A stretch of 9,730 nucleotides of DNA from a virus (taxonomy: Duplodnaviria; Heunggongvirae; Uroviricota; Caudoviricetes): the IMG/VR virus record IMGVR_UViG_3300018478_000064, positions 1-9,730 of that record, one strand, 5' to 3'. The notes below the pieces were generated by a model. That model made no database searches and was not told the DNA's origin. It worked only from the letters and a program-made list of their open reading frames with translations. The translations under genes were made by a program, and so were the position numbers. Shown piece after piece: positions 6,670 to 9,730 of this stretch (the stretch's first letter is position 1; each line of letters starts with the position of its first letter).

Positions 6670-8672
6670 GCAGGCCCTTTCAATTGCTGTACCGCCCTGG
6701 CATTTACAGCCCCCTGCTTGTCAGCAATCAGATTAGCCGCCTCCTGAGGGTTGTTAACTCCATGAACATTTATAACAGTCTGCTGGTTAAGGCTGCCAGC
6801 GGCGGCCTGATACGCCAGCGGGCTGTTCCAGTTTGAATAACCTTCTTTGCGCGCCATCGACTGCATCAATGCTCCCATAGTCCGGGGATCTGTAAGATTC
6901 AATATTGCATTCGGTGATACTCCCATCCATTTCGCAACATCCTGTGCATACTTTTTCGGATCGTTGTTATCACCTGCCGGGGCCCAGGTACTGACAATAT
7001 CCTGAATAGTCTGTAATGCCCGTCCGGTTGTTTTCCCGGTAAAGTAACGCATGAGCTGGTTTTTCATCGCCTCCCAGCCCTCAAGCGCTGATTCGAAAAA
7101 CCGGAACCCTTTACCGCTCACCGGGCGAATGTTCCCGGGGTTATTGTTGCGATCAGCAAGAGTGCCGCCGCCGGGGATGTCGGGCTGGACGTTGGAGCCA
7201 TGCACTACACCGTTACTCTGTCCCTGCCGGATAACTTTACCGGGTCCCCCGTGCAACCAGTCCATCCACGCAGGCCATTCACGGACCTCACTGACATCCC
7301 TGCGTCCGATATCTGTTTTTATACCAATAGCAGCCAGCGTGTCGCCGATAATTCGCTTCGTATACCTCAGTGAAGATTTTGCGCTATCGGCAATATTTTC
7401 TCTGTCACTAACAATATAGCCCGCGTAAAGCGCCCACAATTTAAGCCAGGGTGGGACCGGTAAACCTGATATTTTTCCGAAAGCCCCCAGAACCCTGGAT
7501 ACCCAGACACCCGCGATGAATGTACCGAGGATTTCCAGTGCATTTTGCCAGCCGCCAACACCATCTTTTAGTTCCAGAAGGTGATCACGAAGCCAGGTGA
7601 TCGCATCCTTCGCTTTATCTATTGCCGGTTGCCATTTTTCCCAGTCGATAAGACTGTTACCGCCTTCTTTCCATGTTTTGTAGTCTTCCCACAAGAGACC
7701 GAGAGCCACGATCAGACCGGTAATCAGCCCTATAGGTGACATCCAGAAAGTAGAGTTAAGTATCCGCATGGCGACAACCAGACCGCCGATAACCTCTATC
7801 AGGGTTTTCGTTTCGGCATCCAGTTTCCCCCACCACTCGATGATATCTCCGACACCATCGACTATCCGAAATGCTACCCGCCCGACTATCTCACCCAGCC
7901 AGAGGATCCCCTTTATGACCTTTGTGATGGTGACTTCAATTTTGGGAAAATTTTCAATTATCTTTTTGCGCAGGTTATCAATCTGCCCCGCCAGTCCGTC
8001 CGCAAGATTCGATCCGATTTTGTCCCGCGCCATCCCGGCCATTTCACCGAGCGATTTCAGTGAGGTCATAAACCGGTTTGACGATAAGGCAGCCTGATCG
8101 GCATTAAATCCGATCGCTTTCACCATTTCTGAATACTGAGCGCTGAACTGCCCCACTCCGCGACGCATAGCCATCAGGGTATTTTCGTCAATGCCCAGCA
8201 TCTGCGCATACTGGTTAGCCCGGTAATACGGCATGCTGCTGAGTTTCTGTCCAACGCCCGTAAAGATAGCAGCCATGTCACGCATGTTACCGCTGGCATC
8301 ACGGGTCTGTACGCCCAGGCGATTCAGAAAGCCTTCTGCTCCGGGATTGTTACGAATAAACCGGGAGAGGCTTTCCAGAGAAGATCGCGCAGCGTCCACG
8401 CTGCCGCCAACCTGCGAAACCGCATAGCCAATAGACTGAATTCCCTGGACTGTCGCGCCGGTGCGCTGTGACGCCCAGTAAAGATTATCCAGACCGGAGG
8501 CGATCTTAGCCGTGAAGGCCACCACGGACAGCGCGGCTCCTTCAACGGCCAGCCCCATTTTGATGACATTTGCAGTTGTACCGGCGAGGACAGAACCGAA
8601 TTTTTTCGCTCCTGCATCATCCACACTGAAGCCAAGCGAGACGAGGAAATCTTTAATAGTTTCAGCGTTCAT
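6666..8672 (-). CDS. Tail tape measure protein
   Basis: Largest ORF in the window. The track starts it at a TTG (8693, 675 aa). The ATG at 8672, preceded by GGAGAGAGG about 5 nt upstream, is the more likely start (about 668 aa). Ala/Gly/Ser-rich helical N-terminal region, a central hydrophobic block (LIEVIGGLVVAMRILNSTFWMSPIGLITGLIVALGLLW) and a position right after a frameshifted chaperone gene are all typical of tape measure proteins. Confidence 0.9.
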   Translation of the reverse strand: MNAETIKDFLVSLGFSVDDAGAKKFGSVLAGTTANVIKMGLAVEGAALSVVAFTAKIASGLDNLYWASQRTGATVQGIQSIGYAVSQVGGSVDAARSSLESLSRFIRNNPGAEGFLNRLGVQTRDASGNMRDMAAIFTGVGQKLSSMPYYRANQYAQMLGIDENTLMAMRRGVGQFSAQYSEMVKAIGFNADQAALSSNRFMTSLKSLGEMAGMARDKIGSNLADGLAGQIDNLRKKIIENFPKIEVTITKVIKGILWLGEIVGRVAFRIVDGVGDIIEWWGKLDAETKTLIEVIGGLVVAMRILNSTFWMSPIGLITGLIVALGLLWEDYKTWKEGGNSLIDWEKWQPAIDKAKDAITWLRDHLLELKDGVGGWQNALEILGTFIAGVWVSRVLGAFGKISGLPVPPWLKLWALYAGYIVSDRENIADSAKSSLRYTKRIIGDTLAAIGIKTDIGRRDVSEVREWPAWMDWLHGGPGKVIRQGQSNGVVHGSNVQPDIPGGGTLADRNNNPGNIRPVSGKGFRFFESALEGWEAMKNQLMRYFTGKTTGRALQTIQDIVSTWAPAGDNNDPKKYAQDVAKWMGVSPNAILNLTDPRTMGALMQSMARKEGYSNWNSPLAYQAAAGSLNQQTVINVHGVNNPQEAANLIADKQGAVNARAVQQLKGPA

Positions 8673-9302
8673 TATCCTCTCTCCATTTCTCAATGCGCCG
8701 CTGGTTATCCGCTTTTACCGCCAGATGGTCATTCAAGAGAGCAATGTCGTACAAATCGACAGAGCCATCTTTAAGTGCTGTATAAGGAATTAACCCGGCG
8801 TCAACCGGATTGAGAAGGTAGGACAGCCCGTCCGGCAGGCTGTTAAACGTCAGCCCTGTTGCAGGCTCTGCGTCGTGCTGGTAAGGGGTGTAGGCAAAAA
8901 ATTTCCCAGCGAATCGGCGACCACCCGCGCCACCAGATGAAGCATGACCAGCAGGTCAATATCATCAAACATCAGTTCGCCCCGGGTAAATACCGGCACC
9001 CATCCGTCCATATGACGCCGCGATACCACCGCAAGACAGGGATGAATAATCGCATCGGTGTCATCTTCGGTCAGGGAAGACAGTTCCTCAGCGATACGCG
9101 GGAGCATGGTTTCAAACACCGGTTTTAACTGCTCGAATTTCACGGTGTCGATTTTGCCGTCAGCAGGCAAACGGGAGCGAATGCTCCCGAAATCTGACAT
9201 CATTCCTGCCAGCACCGGCAGAAGTTTGCGGGTCACTTTCAGCTGGTCAAAAACGCTGAGTTTTGCCACGCGATATTTCACGCCTTTGATTTCGAATTCC
9301 AT
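8662..9302 (-). CDS. Predicted -1 frameshift fusion product of the tail assembly chaperone (gpGT-like, about 200 aa)
   Basis: My hand translation of the minus strand finds the -1 frame open from the slippery site, through the whole 157-bp gap, to a TGA at about 8664..8662 that overlaps the first codons of the tape measure gene. About 80 codons, ...KFFAYTPYQHDAEPATGLTFNSLPDGLSYLLNPVDAGLIPYTALKDGSVDLYDIALLNDHLAVKADNQRRIEKWREDNER. Confidence 0.5.
8850..9302 (-). CDS. Tail assembly chaperone (gpG-like, short product)
   Basis: 150-aa acidic ORF immediately upstream of the tape measure gene, with a slippery sequence near its 3' end and an open -1 frame downstream. Confidence 0.7.
   Translation of the reverse strand: MEFEIKGVKYRVAKLSVFDQLKVTRKLLPVLAGMMSDFGSIRSRLPADGKIDTVKFEQLKPVFETMLPRIAEELSSLTEDDTDAIIHPCLAVVSRRHMDGWVPVFTRGELMFDDIDLLVMLHLVARVVADSLGNFLPTPLTSTTQSLQQG
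8896..8907 (-). other. Candidate -1 programmed ribosomal frameshift (slippery) site
   Basis: Minus-strand text CTG GGA AAT TTT TTG in the chaperone frame contains G_GGA_AAT (same class as lambda G_GGA_AAG), immediately followed by A_AAT_TTT and T_TTT_TTG, all fitting the X_XXY_YYZ rule. Hand-counted coordinates. Confidence 0.5.
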
Positions 9303-9305
9303 CTA

Positions 9306-9728
9306 TTAAAACTCCCCGAGAACCTGGTCAATCTTGCCGCAGTCAAACACCCACGGCATCGTATTACCGGTTTTAGCGTTGGCGTTATCCGGTTGTTTCT
9401 GGAACGCAACACTGCGTGCCGTGATGATGTCGCCGCTGACCTTGTTGCGGATCACGATAACGTTATTCCCCCATGTGGCAGAAGACTGGCTCTGTGCGTT
9501 ATACGCCAGCGACAATTTTTTATTTGTCGGTGATGTCTTCAGAAGGTTAACGGTAATCGTCCCGCTTTTATCTGCATGGAGACTGTGCATCACTTCGCCA
9601 TCAGCACCGATAGTCATGGTGTTTTTAGGACCGCCCATCGCAACCACAATCCCCTCTTCAGAACTTGCCGAACCGTACCCGAGGTCAATCGAACCGGTCG
9701 GCCCGGTCAGCGTCGCAGTGACATCCAT
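9306..9728 (-). CDS. Phage tail structural protein, possibly tail tube; N-terminus may lie beyond the window end
   Basis: 140-aa ORF whose first ATG is 2 nt from the window end, so the true start and any ribosome-binding site are not visible. Beta-rich composition. Its stop is 4 bp from the chaperone start. In Mu/P2-type operons the tube gene precedes the chaperone. Confidence 0.4.
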   Translation of the reverse strand: MDVTATLTGPTGSIDLGYGSASSEEGIVVAMGGPKNTMTIGADGEVMHSLHADKSGTITVNLLKTSPTNKKLSLAYNAQSQSSATWGNNVIVIRNKVSGDIITARSVAFQKQPDNANAKTGNTMPWVFDCGKIDQVLGEF

Positions 9729-9730
9729 AA

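Noticed and set aside
8672-8693. TTG start at 8693 for the tape measure protein, as given in the ORF track
   Set aside because: The downstream ATG at 8672 has a strong GGAGAGAGG Shine-Dalgarno at proper spacing and coincides with the end of the frameshift extension. The TTG start has no evident RBS.
5223-8793. Plus-strand ORFs inside the hub, 217-aa and tape measure genes (5223..5459, 5339..5677, 5978..6307, 6539..6736, 6624..6836, 7051..7419, 7768..8097, 8233..8427, 8512..8793) and minus-strand 7367..7564 and 8324..8635
   Set aside because: All are antisense or out-of-frame shadows of the long minus-strand genes. The 8512..8793 ORF covers the chaperone/tape-measure gap but on the wrong strand; the gap is better explained by the -1 frameshift extension.
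8859-9309. Plus-strand ORFs 8859..9128 and 9058..9309 opposite the chaperone gene
   Set aside because: They are antisense to the chaperone ORF, which is supported by operon context and the slippery-site arrangement. Their His/Arg-rich translations look spurious.
1-9730. CRISPR arrays, tRNA or rRNA genes, integrase or transposase genes, attachment sites
   Set aside because: No regularly spaced direct repeats, no tRNA-like cloverleaf candidates and no ORF with recombinase-like features were seen. Coding sequence is essentially continuous and structural.

Overview
The whole window is a single minus-strand phage or prophage tail-morphogenesis operon of the contractile-tail, Mu/P2-like baseplate type. 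In transcription order (high to low coordinate) it encodes a tube-like protein cut by the window edge, a tail assembly chaperone with an apparent G/GT-type -1 frameshift extension, the tape measure protein, two small unclassified tail proteins, a hub-like protein, a spike (gpV-like), a small DUF2634/gp46-like baseplate protein, a baseplate J-like protein, a Mu gp48/DUF2313-like protein and the 5' part of a P2 H / Mu S-type tail fibre gene. Genes are tightly packed with ATGA-type overlaps, except for one interruption between hub and spike (about 3906-4679). That interruption is the main point of interest: an AT-rich two-gene insertion encoding a Sec-exported 111-aa protein and a 79-aa two-helix membrane protein, the latter with its own sigma70-like promoter and an intrinsic terminator. 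I read it as a candidate envelope-acting superinfection-exclusion or defence module, by analogy with T4 Sp/Imm and HK97 gp15, but this is inference from protein features and position only. All product calls come from reading the translations, not from searches. No rRNA, tRNA, CRISPR array, integrase or transposase is visible. Small-feature coordinates that I counted by hand may be off by 1-2 bp; coordinates taken from the ORF track are reliable.
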